Part shown: positions 53,601 through 64,000 of the stretch, piece by piece | Numbering within the stretch: the first letter of the stretch is position 1 | How the letters are laid out: each line of letters begins with the position of its first letter | DNA from: Botryllus schlosseri | Lineage: Eukaryota | Reading direction: 5' to 3' | Length of the DNA stretch: 64,000 bases | Assembly: GCA_051294905.1 (NCBI GenBank) | Contig: CM119372.1 | Span: 24,554,001 to 24,618,000, forward strand | Program-made: the position numbers and the translations under genes | The notes under the pieces: generated by a model | Seen by the model: the letters and a program-made list of their open reading frames with translations, nothing else | The model's database searches: none | What the model was told of the DNA's origin: nothing

Positions 53601-56600
53601 ACAATAAGTTTGATGACTTGTATTCTGATATTGATAGATGTGAAAAGTAATATGACTAGATTATAAAATATCGGTAATGTTCTTTGTCATGTCTGTGTTC
53701 AACAAATATGCGATCAAGTCTTACCATTCGATATTAACATTCGCAGTCGACGTAAGCGATAATTTGTTGAAGTAACAATATCGACGAGTTCAATAATATT
53801 CCCCATCGATGCATTCGAATAATCTGTCAGCTGCAAGCTGATTAAAAACTTGATGCCGTTTTGTGGTTAACTCAAGTCAGTGGTCGCGTTTGTGTTGATT
53901 TCAGGAATGATCATGACGTGTTGGCTGGGTAAATTAGTTAATGTGGTTGTAACTATGACCGTAAAGAGTTGCTGACATTCCAATATCTTTCACGCCGTCA
54001 TATATGGATTCAATTGTGATAATTTAATTCTCAGTTATTGTTCAGAAATTCAAATCTCGTATACTCAAAATATAATTGGTTTATGTCAAATCGCGTATAT
54101 GCACCGATTAGTAAATACTTTGTCTTACAGAATAGTAACGACCTTTACCGTTGAATAAAAATGATCGGTCATATGAATACAACCAGGACGAATTAATTCA
54201 AGTTTGCGAGTTGTAGTGTTATAATCAAGTAAGTGAAAACTATATTTTTAACACCGGTTAATGTTATGAATAATTCTTTTGAGTATGGTAAGATGTTAAA
54301 ATTTCTCTTTGACAAACGGAAAGCCAGATCGTGAATAGAGTTGTAATGTTTCATTACTTGTTTCAAATCAATTTGCGTATAATATCGAAATGGTACTTGA
54401 AAAGATGGTAGTCATGTTTGTCAATCTATTTCAATTCAGACTATGTTAAAGTCGAGACATTTCATTTTGGATTGTCTGAATTTAACTTTAGTACATCCCA
54501 CGAATGGATTCCGACGCCGCACTATAACATTTTTGATAATAAGGACTCAAGGATTTTCAATCAACAATACCTGAATTTTTTTTTTTTTTGGTAATGCTTG
54601 AGTTGGTAAATGATAAGTTGCGTGTTTTTGTTAAGCGTTTGATTTCTCAGTAATAAATACAATTATTGTATGTGCATACTTGTGATTCTTGATTCTTGTT
54701 TAGTTAGATGGTATTGATTCTATAGGTGTGAAACAGCAGCGTGGAATGTGTGAATAATTCGATGCGACTGAAGTTGGAGTCAGCAATATTCAAGTTACGT
54801 TCGAATCAACTGATCGCGGTAAATGGATTTCTCAAAGGATTAGAGTTGTACCGGATCAACTCATTCAAATACGAATCAGCTTGGTTTGTGTAGTGAGTTT
54901 CATTTCAAGTTGACAAATTGACACATTGATTGAATATTCTCATGATTCGCATCGCGCAACCAAAGTCAACGTGAAACATATAGCGATCGCGAAAAGTATC
55001 AAATCTTGGATATTCAAGTCACCGTCTGCGACGGTTCTGTTATTCGGTGCTTATTACTTAATAGGTAATATTCTTATTATATCAGACTCGTGAAATCCAG
55101 TTCTGCACCCAACTACCAACATATTACGTTGTAGCGATTGCGATGTATGTAACCACAAGTCACGAGAGATGGTTATGTCTTATGGGTGTTATCTTGTGAG
55201 CGATCGTAGGATTTTAGAATTATTTCGCACCTTTTTGAATAAGCGTACACTTCACAAAGGATTAGGGTTAGAGTAGAAATAAGTGACAATTTGTCGCTAT
55301 TCAAGTTACCGACACTGGCGGTCTGTTATTCGTTACTTATTAAATCTTTACGAGTGAAATCAAGTTCTGTGACAAACTGCTTACGAAAATTTCACCGCGT
55401 GAGCGATCGATATGCCTGTAACACGAAGCCGCGAAAGATGGTTGTGTCCGAGACATTATCTTGTCAGCGCTCGCTGGGGTTTTGCAAACTATTTCACACC
55501 TATTTGAAGTGTAAGTTTGTGAACGCGGTTATTGTTGGTATTGGAATCGCCGTCTACGCCGGCTCTCTGGTAAACTAATTACCAAATAATACCTTGCTAG
55601 TGATTCCTAGATTCACCAAACAATTTCACACCTTTTTGCTGAAAGTACGACATTCCGCCCGCAGCCTATACCCGAAAGTCCAAACACCGCCGCGTCCATA
55701 AGAATAACGATATATCATTGTTGCACTCACCGTAAACGTTGGGATCAACTCGAATCGGTCATATATAATAATTTGGGATATACATATTAACTAAGGACCA
55801 ATCACGTGACTATTTACCATACCTGATACATATTCCACACCGTGCGAGAGATGCCTATAACCGAAATGGCGATTCACGACCGCACCCATAAGAACACATG
55901 GCGAGTCACCAAAGATCCCGTAAGAAACAATGGCACTTCACCAGAGATCCCTTAAGAATACATGACAGGTGAATCACCGCCACCGCCTATAGCAAAAAAG
56001 GCGAGTCACTACCACGAGTTTTCACGGCGAATCACCGCCACGAGCTATACCTGAAAGGGCGAATCACGACCGCACCCATAAGAACACATGGCGACTCACC
56101 GCCAAGAGGGGGGTCTAAAAAGGCGAGTCACCACCCCCGGTTTTCAGGCGAGTCACCACCCCGCCCATAAGCCACAATGGCGCGTCACGACCGATCTACT
56201 ATACTACTTACATGTGATTCGTCGTGTGAGTCACATTTTCTCTCTAAAAACTCGTACTAATCATAATGGTTGCCTTATCGAAGCATGCGAAATTTTAGGT
56301 ACGAGAACGTAGGTTTGTCGAGATCCTCCTTCTAAATGCGAGAAAAACATGGTCACTACAGCAGTGTGTATGCCTAATTGCCTACCCACTCTAAGCTGTG
56401 ATACATCAGTGACGTCGGGTCAGCGGAGGCAGTATCTCACCTATCGTCAGGATGAGTGAACGAAAATTGTGAAACCTTCAATTATTATAGCTATTTTCAA
56501 TCGATGTTCATCGATGTTCCTCAATGACAAAATTTTGAACATTTTTTCTTGAAATCACACAATTTGCATAATAATTGTTCAGAAATATAGCGCGAAACGA

Positions 56601-57380
56601 GAGGTAAGGCACCATTGATAATGCACTTCATCGTAAATAGCTTAGAATTTGTTAGAACTGATATTAATTGGATCTAATTATCGCACTGATTCTGAAAATC
56701 TAAATACTGATCGAATTCTCAATTCACAAAGTATTTGGCGGTAACACGTAACGTTGCGCTACACGCCTACATTTGATCGCCGGTACTATCAGAGCTACTT
56801 ACCAATCAAGAACGAGAATAGCTATGACATTGTTTTAAATTTGAGTTTGTAAATTCGAGTTTGCAATTTTGAATGTAACGTCCACTGCAGTTCATTTCGC
56901 GCCGTAGATCAGGAAGATATGTGTATTTGAAAACTGCGTCGTCACATGGGCGCCGACATATCTGCTATTCTTTTTCGTAGATCAACGTATCGTGCAATCC
57001 AGGATTTCGAGTCGGTTACATCGAATTCACGAGTGATATTGGTCGCGAACGCGACAGTAACTTAAATTTGAGGATTTTAAAAAGAGGGATCCTGGTCCCT
57101 AAACCTGAAGATAGTATTGTCTTTACTTCTCAACGACATCTTTATACTGCCACGAGAATAATTATTCTGGCCGTGATGAAAATTTACTAGCAAGTTGCTG
57201 CTATATTGATCAATTCAGTACAAATATTTATATATTTGTCAAAGAGCCATATCTTATACCCAAAAGAGCCATATGCGGCTCGCGAGCCATAGGTTCCCGA
57301 CCACTGATATATTTGGTCTGTCTATGTCAATCCATTTTAAAGTTACAATTAAGAGCATGTCCAAATCTTGCTCCATACAG

Positions 57381-57580
57381 CGCTCGAATACAGAGGTGAC
57401 ATGGCTGACTACATGAAGCACGGATACGGTACCGAGATAAGCTACAAATCTGGTTGCGTCACTAAAAGGTTTGTCCTGGACGGGTTGAAAAGTATCAGCG
57501 ATGGCAACGTGGTCAGTCATTTTATCAATGGCCATGGATGGATGCTGCTGCGACTACTTACGGATATGAAATTAATCGAG
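57381..57580 (+). CDS. MINPP1: MINPP1-like exon 6 (region of the HAE proton-donor motif, here HGW)
   Basis: CCATACAG| LEYRGDMADYMKHGYGTEISYKSGC...FINGHGWMLLRLL...IE |GTATGT. Matches the MINPP1 LEY..D...Y.K.GYG..I...S.C pattern; cumulative CDS 1041 nt, in frame. Confidence 0.9.
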
Positions 57581-58102
57581 GTATGTTAAAATGGTCAATA
57601 AGTTGCGTTTACACGCCAAAGAGAGCATTTAGAGGAATCGCGCAACTTTCTAGTCAATTAACCATACGACAAAATTACGATGTTTTGAAAATTGACGAAC
57701 ATTGACGAAATAAAGCAATGATCAGACTTGCATGTAGTAAGATCTCCTTGAACTGACGACCATTTCCAGGATTACAACCATTCCATATCGTATAATTCGA
57801 TTATATCCTGCGCAAATCGTCCGTAGGCTCATGCTACATGTTTTTTCCGAAAGTATATGACATAGGCCTAACTTCACAACGTTTGGGAAAAAAAACACTA
57901 TTTTGTTTTTCTGAAAAGGCATTTTTTAAAACACCATTTGTTTTAAATGCAACCTTATAGCCACAATGCTTAAAGGCTTACTTTTTAGGCATCAAGAAAT
58001 GTATTAAATGGAACAATCAAATTTTATAATAATTTCTGAAACTCAATATTTTCCGTCGCTTTGCCAGCAACTCGACGAGGACTTGCAAGGGAATGTAAGC
58101 GT

Positions 58103-59358
58103 CAGAGGTGGTCAGTAACGAAGTACTTCTACTTTTTGAAAGTACTCAAGTAGTTTTCCTCTACTTCTGGTACTTACGCAAGTAGATCTGATTTTCTCTA
58201 CTTCCACTTCTACTTCGTAATATTTCGTGATCTACTGACTTACTTTTCGCTATTTTCAGTTTGTCAAGTAGAAGTAGTGTAACCCTCCAATTGGAAAGAG
58301 AAACTGGGGAATTCTCGGGCTGTTTTCACGGAGTTCTAACTTTCAATTTTAAGAAAATTAAATCAAACCCAGAATTTCCGTCGCGATTCACATCAAGTAG
58401 ATATAGAGTTACAAATATGTTTTCACGAAAGTGAATAATATTTAGGTGCAGGTTGCATTGCCCCGCATGGTCGCTCATATGACATATTTCATCACAGCAA
58501 ATATGGCCCATCATAACGTTTGAAACTACCGTTTCGCAATATAGCAATTACCTATCATATTGTAATGTAGCAGCCCATGATGTGTTCTGATAATCTGGAA
58601 AATCTTTTTGAACGTCACACCTGTTTTAGCAGATCACCTTTGAAGCTTATGGACAAAAGATATGAAATATATTTTCCGCTTTTCAGGTGTGGTATCTGTA
58701 TTTCACTTTCAAGAACGAATATCATACTTAGAGTTCTAATTACTCTCAGTTCATTTTTCTGCAGAACATACATGTTGAAGCATAAAATCAAGTGTAGTAG
58801 TGCCTCTATTTTCCGAAAATAAAACTTCACTAGATATAAATTTTACGACCCCCTTATTTGTTATTAACCTATACTAATCGCGCAAAGTGTTGAAACCGTA
58901 TCCGATACAACTTCTCCGTATTGCTCTTCGCCTAAACTTAGGGCCTTATAATATGGGGTAGGGTGCCACGCAATGATGTTATCTAAAACGAGGTCTTTTA
59001 GTAAAAAAAAGTGTTAGTATCTTATTTTCATAGCAATACTATAATTTGCATCCAATGATGCGAAAGAATGCTTATTCTGTCGAAAATTGATACCTCCTGG
59101 GATGTATCAATACGAGTCAAGCTCTCTGCACCTTCCACATAGCTCAATTTGCAGCTTTTGACAGTACATGCGAACGAATTAAGACTGTTTCCAAAACTAC
59201 TTACCTACTTGAGTAGATTCAAAGTCAGTCAATTCTACTTCTATTTCAAGTAGTTTTAGGTGCCTTATGGAAGGTGCCTACTCTTATTTGAGTCGATTTT
59301 TTCGTCGCTACTTCTACTTCTACTTGAGTAGCTTTCTTGACTACTTTGACCACCTCTG
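58103..59358. mobile_element. hAT-type element, CTACTT/AAGTAG subterminal family
   Basis: TIR CAGAGGTGGTCA/TGACCACCTCTG; perfect TSD GTAAGCGT. Confidence 0.9.
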
Positions 59359-61808
59359 GTAAGCGTGCGCCTTAACGGTCTAGGCTGGACCGAGCAATGT
59401 ATTCTTAAGGTGTCAGACTATTTCTATACATTGATAATGATCAGGGTGAAATACTGGTACTTGCTACCAGGGCTGTGGGGTCGGAGTCGGAGTTTCGTTA
59501 AATTTTCTCTTGTTGGAGGCGGAGTCGCAGTCACAGAAAATCTGTAGTACTCTTCGGGGAAGCACATACTAGCCGGAGTCGGAGTTTGTTAACATGCCTG
59601 ACTCCGACTCCAGGTCGCCTACTATAAAATCGAACCAAATGTTACCAAAAAGCGCGGTTGCAGTTGCAGGTACAGACGTCATCAAATTTTTGCGTTTCAG
59701 GCCATTGCAAAGTTAATTTCTTGGGTGACTACAGTTTTCATAATTTCTGTGAACCATACATGCCTAAAGCGTAATAGAGGTATAATTTTCCAAATAGAGT
59801 TACGGGAATGTCAGAGTTGGAGTCGGTGAATTTGAAATTCCCGGAGTCGGACCAGGAGTCGGCATCGGTGAATTTGAAATGCATCAACATTAATTCCCCG
59901 TCCGATCAGAAGGCACAACACACAGTACCGGTAGCGTACATCCCAAGCTCGACTCTACCAGTGATTACTAGGGCAAGTTTTTGTTGCAGTCAATTCGGTG
60001 GAAAGTTCTCATTTTTCACAAAAGTTGCAGCAAAAAGTTGCATTCATTTTTCACAAAAGTTGCATTTATGGACAAGTTCCTGGAAATTATAAGGGTACAA
60101 GATATTCGAATCGATCCGTATGAAAGGCGGTGAAGGCACTGTAGCAAAACTCAATGTTGGCGACTTCAACAAAATCAATCGCCTGAAAATATTGACCCAG
60201 TGAAAATATAATTTCTGGTAGTCTAGCCTGATTTTACGTCAAATCAGGAAGCACCTCAAATTCACTGACAGTGAAATAATCAAGCGATCTATTTACACAT
60301 AGTGCCAAATATTTCCAGTAAAAAGTTAGTTGCACGAATAATCGAAAGAAATTGCAAAAAATTGCATGAAAAGATGGAGAAAAGATGCAAAAAGTTACAT
60401 TATAAGAGTGAGTGAGTGAGTGAGTGAGTGAGCCCATCAGACCAAACCGCATAGCAGATTACTGGTAGCGTACAACACAGCATCGAACAGTATAGTAATT
60501 ATACAATAAGCTATTGCAAGTTGCAATGAAAGTTCGTGGTGCTGCATCATCAGCAAAGTTAGCGGCATATTATATGTTTTCCATGTACTATACCTAAAGA
60601 AATGATGAGGCTAGAATATAGAGTTCGCTTCGAGAAACCAAGTCGAGCAAGTGCAAGTGAAAGTGAAGATATCGCTCCAGCATTTGGCAGCAGGCAGCGG
60701 AGAGAGAGAAATCACAGAAATTTATTTATTCAACTGGCGTGTAAGGGGGGAGCAGACATGGGGTGATTACTTCGTGAATGTAATCGATTGCGATTACGAT
60801 TACTTCTGAATGACGCGATTGCGATTACAATTACGATTACAGCAAAATCTGGAAGTAGTCGATTACGATTACATTGGAAAAGTAATCGCGATTACTCACG
60901 ATTACATTTATTTTGCATCTTAAAAGTTATATTGGAAGACAATATATGGATTGCGCTGAAAGGCCTAATGAGATAACAACTTTCTTAAAAAAGATGCGGC
61001 ATTTGTTTGTTACGTCATAAAGTACCCATTGCCTATTTTATAGAGGACGATTTATCGCACCCAACGATTTGCATTCTTTCTACGTCCACAACTGCCGCAC
61101 CCAAAATTTCCTAATAGGGTGGAGAGCGAGCTCGAAAGGGAATCAAAAGTAGGCTTATTTTGTAAACCAACACAAATTATAGACTATTTTCGAGAGATTT
61201 CATGAACTTGAGAATGTTCTACGTGCATCGCGATTTAAATGTCTCTATATAGCTTGATTTCGAAATACATACGTCTCCTCCTCAAGAAAAAAAGCATGCA
61301 TAATTCATAGTAACAGGCATTAAGGTGCCAGTCAATACCGCGCCACGACGCACCAAAAGACATATGCAGTTTCGGCCAACATGCGAATCCACGAAGTGTG
61401 CTAGTAGTGCTACTAATGAAAGACATTGGCCGAAACTTTGGTTATGTGTCCATTGTCAATAGCCGCGCTGGGTGGGCGTGACTAATAGTCTGGTCCCCAC
61501 CCGGGCACCACAGAGCATTAAAGACATGGCAATTTGTGTGTGCGTCTCACGCAAGTATTTCTTTTAGTCTGCTACGTCTGGGCCACTACAATATCTCTTT
61601 GATTATATAACAGACCGGAGGTCACGAATTAACAACATCCCGTAAATTAATTATTACAAGATACCAGATGTTATAATTATGAATTACGTGCCCCCAGCTC
61701 ATCAGGTAAATCTGACCATTGGGGGCTGACAGAGGATTAAAAATGAATAGTAATATAATGCATTTACCAATATTATTGACGAAATTAAATCTGAACAGCT
61801 TCTTTGAG

Positions 61809-62222
61809 GTACAGAACTTCAATATACAATTGAATAGTATATTCACATTGAAATGAACCCGAATATTTTCGGCTGACACTCGTCAGGGGTAATCGTCAGC
61901 AACTAGTAGAGAATTCGAAAGAACAGCGTATATCAACAATCGTAACACAAAATATGACGTCACCAGCACGAAATGTCGAATACGAGAGCGTTCAATGTAC
62001 TATTTTTAGATGATACACGTACTCTTTTTGTTGACACAGCCTTGGCTGGTGTATTTTGATAAAAGTCGACTCCAAGGCACACAAATGAAAGTGTGAGCGA
62101 CGCTTTCCCAGTATGCGAAATCTGTCGTCTCGATAATTTTTCGCGCAGGCGGGATTATCCAACAAGTGTTTGCCAATTGCAGAATTTATGGCCTTTGATT
62201 GTTCCGCATCAATCTTGAGATA
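61809..62222 (-). mobile_element. Penelope-like 3' fragment (end of GIY-YIG domain plus terminal repeat)
   Basis: SAIGKHLLDNPACAKNY...LESTFIKIHQPRLCQQKEYVYHLKIVH parallels the C-terminus of ORF 29377-30063. Confidence 0.9.
61858..61889 (-). ncRNA. Minimal type I hammerhead ribozyme
   Basis: Minus strand: CCC-CTGACGA-GTGTCAGCC-GAAA-ATAT-TC-GGG. Confidence 0.75.
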
Positions 62223-62333
62223 ATGTAATTCAATCATCCATTACGAGAGAGAGAGATGATATTCTTTTTCGCTTGCACCATCGAGATGCTTTCACGACGC
62301 AGTAGCGATACGGCCCCATGAGCTCATCTAGTC

Positions 62334-63966
62334 TAGGGTTGCCATACGTCCGGAATTTCCCGGACATGTCCGGAATTTCACCATTAAAACTGCGTCCGGG
62401 AGGAATTTCTAAAATATGCCTAAATGTCCGGAATTTTGAAGGCTTGACGTAAGCTCATAATTTTTTCGTAAATCAACCTAAACAATATTAATTTTGGGCC
62501 AATTTATGCTACATGAAATTTTTCTTCGCGCTGCGTGCGATTTAGGAACACAAATTTTGAGTTTGATATGGGGACTACCACCCCTCGCAAAAACTACAAT
62601 CCGAAATAAATAAAAATACCATTCATTTCAAAAAATAAGTCTAATTGTAATCGCAATTACAAAGCATCGGGATATTCATAGAATCTGTTTAGGACGTTTG
62701 AATGCTCATTCAAAGATGGTGGCTCTAAACCTGGCGGTAGTATGCCTTTATAAAATTATATAGTAATATATGCAAGAACCAATATTATTGACATAATTCG
62801 TTTAAATCAGGGGTGTCAAACGTACGGCCCGCCAGACGATTTCATCCGGCCCGCGAAGCAATTCTGAGTAGACTCAAAAATGATCATATTTTCCAGCACA
62901 TTTGTAACAAATGTTGAGGAAATACTTCCACGTTCAACTTTGTTCATAGGCCCCATTATAACCACTCGACTACGGCGATGTAGTTTCACTCTAGTGGCCA
63001 CTAGTAAGAAGCCGGTGAAATTGACATCCAATTTCAAGACGGCAATAAGTCCACACTAAGTTCAGAACCAAAAAGTAGTTATTCCCAGAACTGACAACGC
63101 CAATGCGACACCGTTAGACGTATAGTTTGCATGGAAAATATATTAGTTGAACAAGTATATAATTGAAATATCTATGGTCGCACTGCTGTGTCATTTTCGA
63201 CCCAATCGATCCTAAACATGAGAGTAACCGGACTCGCGGTTTAATAATTGTATACCAAATTCCAACGTCCGCGTTTCCAATGAAATATCTTGTAGCCTAT
63301 TCCCTACAACGCATATGCTGGGCTAACGCCAGATTACAACTAACTGTAAGGGAGCTTAGAATATGCCAACTTATATCGTCGTTAACACCACTGTTTCAGA
63401 GGTTCTTTTGCTCAACTGTATTCAACCGGACAATCTTCGTATTCTTGATAAATCCATTGTTCGCGAATAAAAGTGTTACGACTTGGTATTTTAATAACCC
63501 TATGATTCGTGTATTATCTATATATGCTTTTACGTTATTCAAGTGAAAAGCAAGAGCACGAGGTATCATTTTGGAATCAGTTGATTGGTCCGGCTCGCGA
63601 GCGATTTGAAGGCTTGAATCTGACCCGCGACGTAATTTGAGTTTGACACCCCTGGTTTAAATCATTTAACGACCAGATGCATATAGTAAGTCCCCAGAAG
63701 TTGCATCGATTACCCTACGGTGGGCCCAAGATCAGTGTTTATTGGGACGGGAGGGGGCTGAAATAATGTGGCTTCGGCCCTCGTTAAAACTTACATCACA
63801 CAACCAGATACTCCTAAACCTGATCGTGACCACCTCTAGTCGATAGACAAGGCTTTGCTGGTGTGACGTCATATTGATCGACAATGTGCTCATACATCTT
63901 TCTAAAATCCGCTAGCGGGCGCTGAAGAGCGTCCGGAATTTGTGTCACAAAAATATGGTAACCCTA
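62334..63966. mobile_element. hAT (Tip100-like) non-autonomous element inserted at the edge of a SINE-A fragment
   Basis: TIR TAGGGTTGCCATA/TATGGTAACCCTA; perfect TSD ATCTAGTC. Related reverse-orientation pieces at ~1845-1975 and ~2350-2456. Confidence 0.88.
62808..63654. mobile_element. hAT-type MITE nested in 62334-63966
   Basis: TIR CAGGGGTGTCAAAC/GTTTGACACCCCTG; perfect TSD GTTTAAAT. Confidence 0.9.
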
Positions 63967-64000
63967 ATCTAGTCTGGCAAGGAGGCTATGCAAGTATGCA

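Larger units (their letters stand above)
43560..56208. mobile_element. Giant fold-back element with Polinton/Maverick-type termini, non-autonomous
   Basis: 5'-AGTAGTATAGTAGAT...ATCTACTATACTACT-3'; 6-bp flanks TACACG/TACATG. Left arm 43560-50387 (4676 bp after removing two insertions and their TSDs) is inverted to right arm 51533-56208 (4676 bp). No intact pPolB, integrase or capsid ORF. Confidence 0.8.
43407..57306. mobile_element. hAT-type element (family of 3905-5584) split by the 12.65-kb palindromic insertion
   Basis: 43407-43559 plus 56209-57306 reconstruct a reverse-orientation homologue of 3905-5584; ends CAGAGGTCGGGAACC and GGTTCCCGACCACTG. Confidence 0.85.

Noticed and set aside
44191..55578. 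Paired short ORFs in the arms (95, 70 and 65 aa) as conserved genes
   Set aside because: Their identity simply reflects the inverted duplication; they have non-ATG starts and no recognisable domains.
43560..56208. Palindrome as a simple assembly artefact
   Set aside because: The arms differ by substitutions and by two TSD-bounded insertions, and the outer flanks rebuild one split MITE with a 6-bp TSD. An artefact is unlikely, though read-level confirmation is still needed.
57581..64000. Final MINPP1-like exon
   Set aside because: The candidate acceptors I checked (~59409, ~61043, ~61567) gave no MINPP1-like C-terminal sequence; it probably lies beyond the window.

Overview
Repeat-rich eukaryotic (metazoan, probably marine invertebrate; taxon not provable from the sequence) genomic DNA with no prokaryotic operon, rRNA or CRISPR. 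Two host genes are well supported, both on the + strand. One is an SLC25A16 (Graves disease carrier) homologue with an uninterrupted 305-codon CDS (11707-12624). The other is a spliced MINPP1-like histidine acid phosphatase with six phase-compatible exons (24582-57580; 347 codons, last exon(s) not found in the window), whose catalytic motifs are altered (RHGSRYR; GHGW in place of GHAE). The rest is mostly transposons: many hAT-type elements with 8-bp TSDs, TTAA-targeting MITEs, two tRNA-derived SINE families, an RTE-like LINE fragment, and Penelope-like elements carrying minimal hammerhead ribozymes. The most unusual object lies in MINPP1-like intron 5: a 12.65-kb element (43560-56208) with Polinton/Maverick-type AGTAGT termini and a 6-bp TSD. 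It is almost entirely a giant inverted repeat (two ~4.68-kb arms around a 1.15-kb spacer), has no intact gene, carries subterminal iterons, and shows patchy arm-to-arm identity. All alignments and coordinates were done by eye; repeat boundaries without a stated TSD are approximate.
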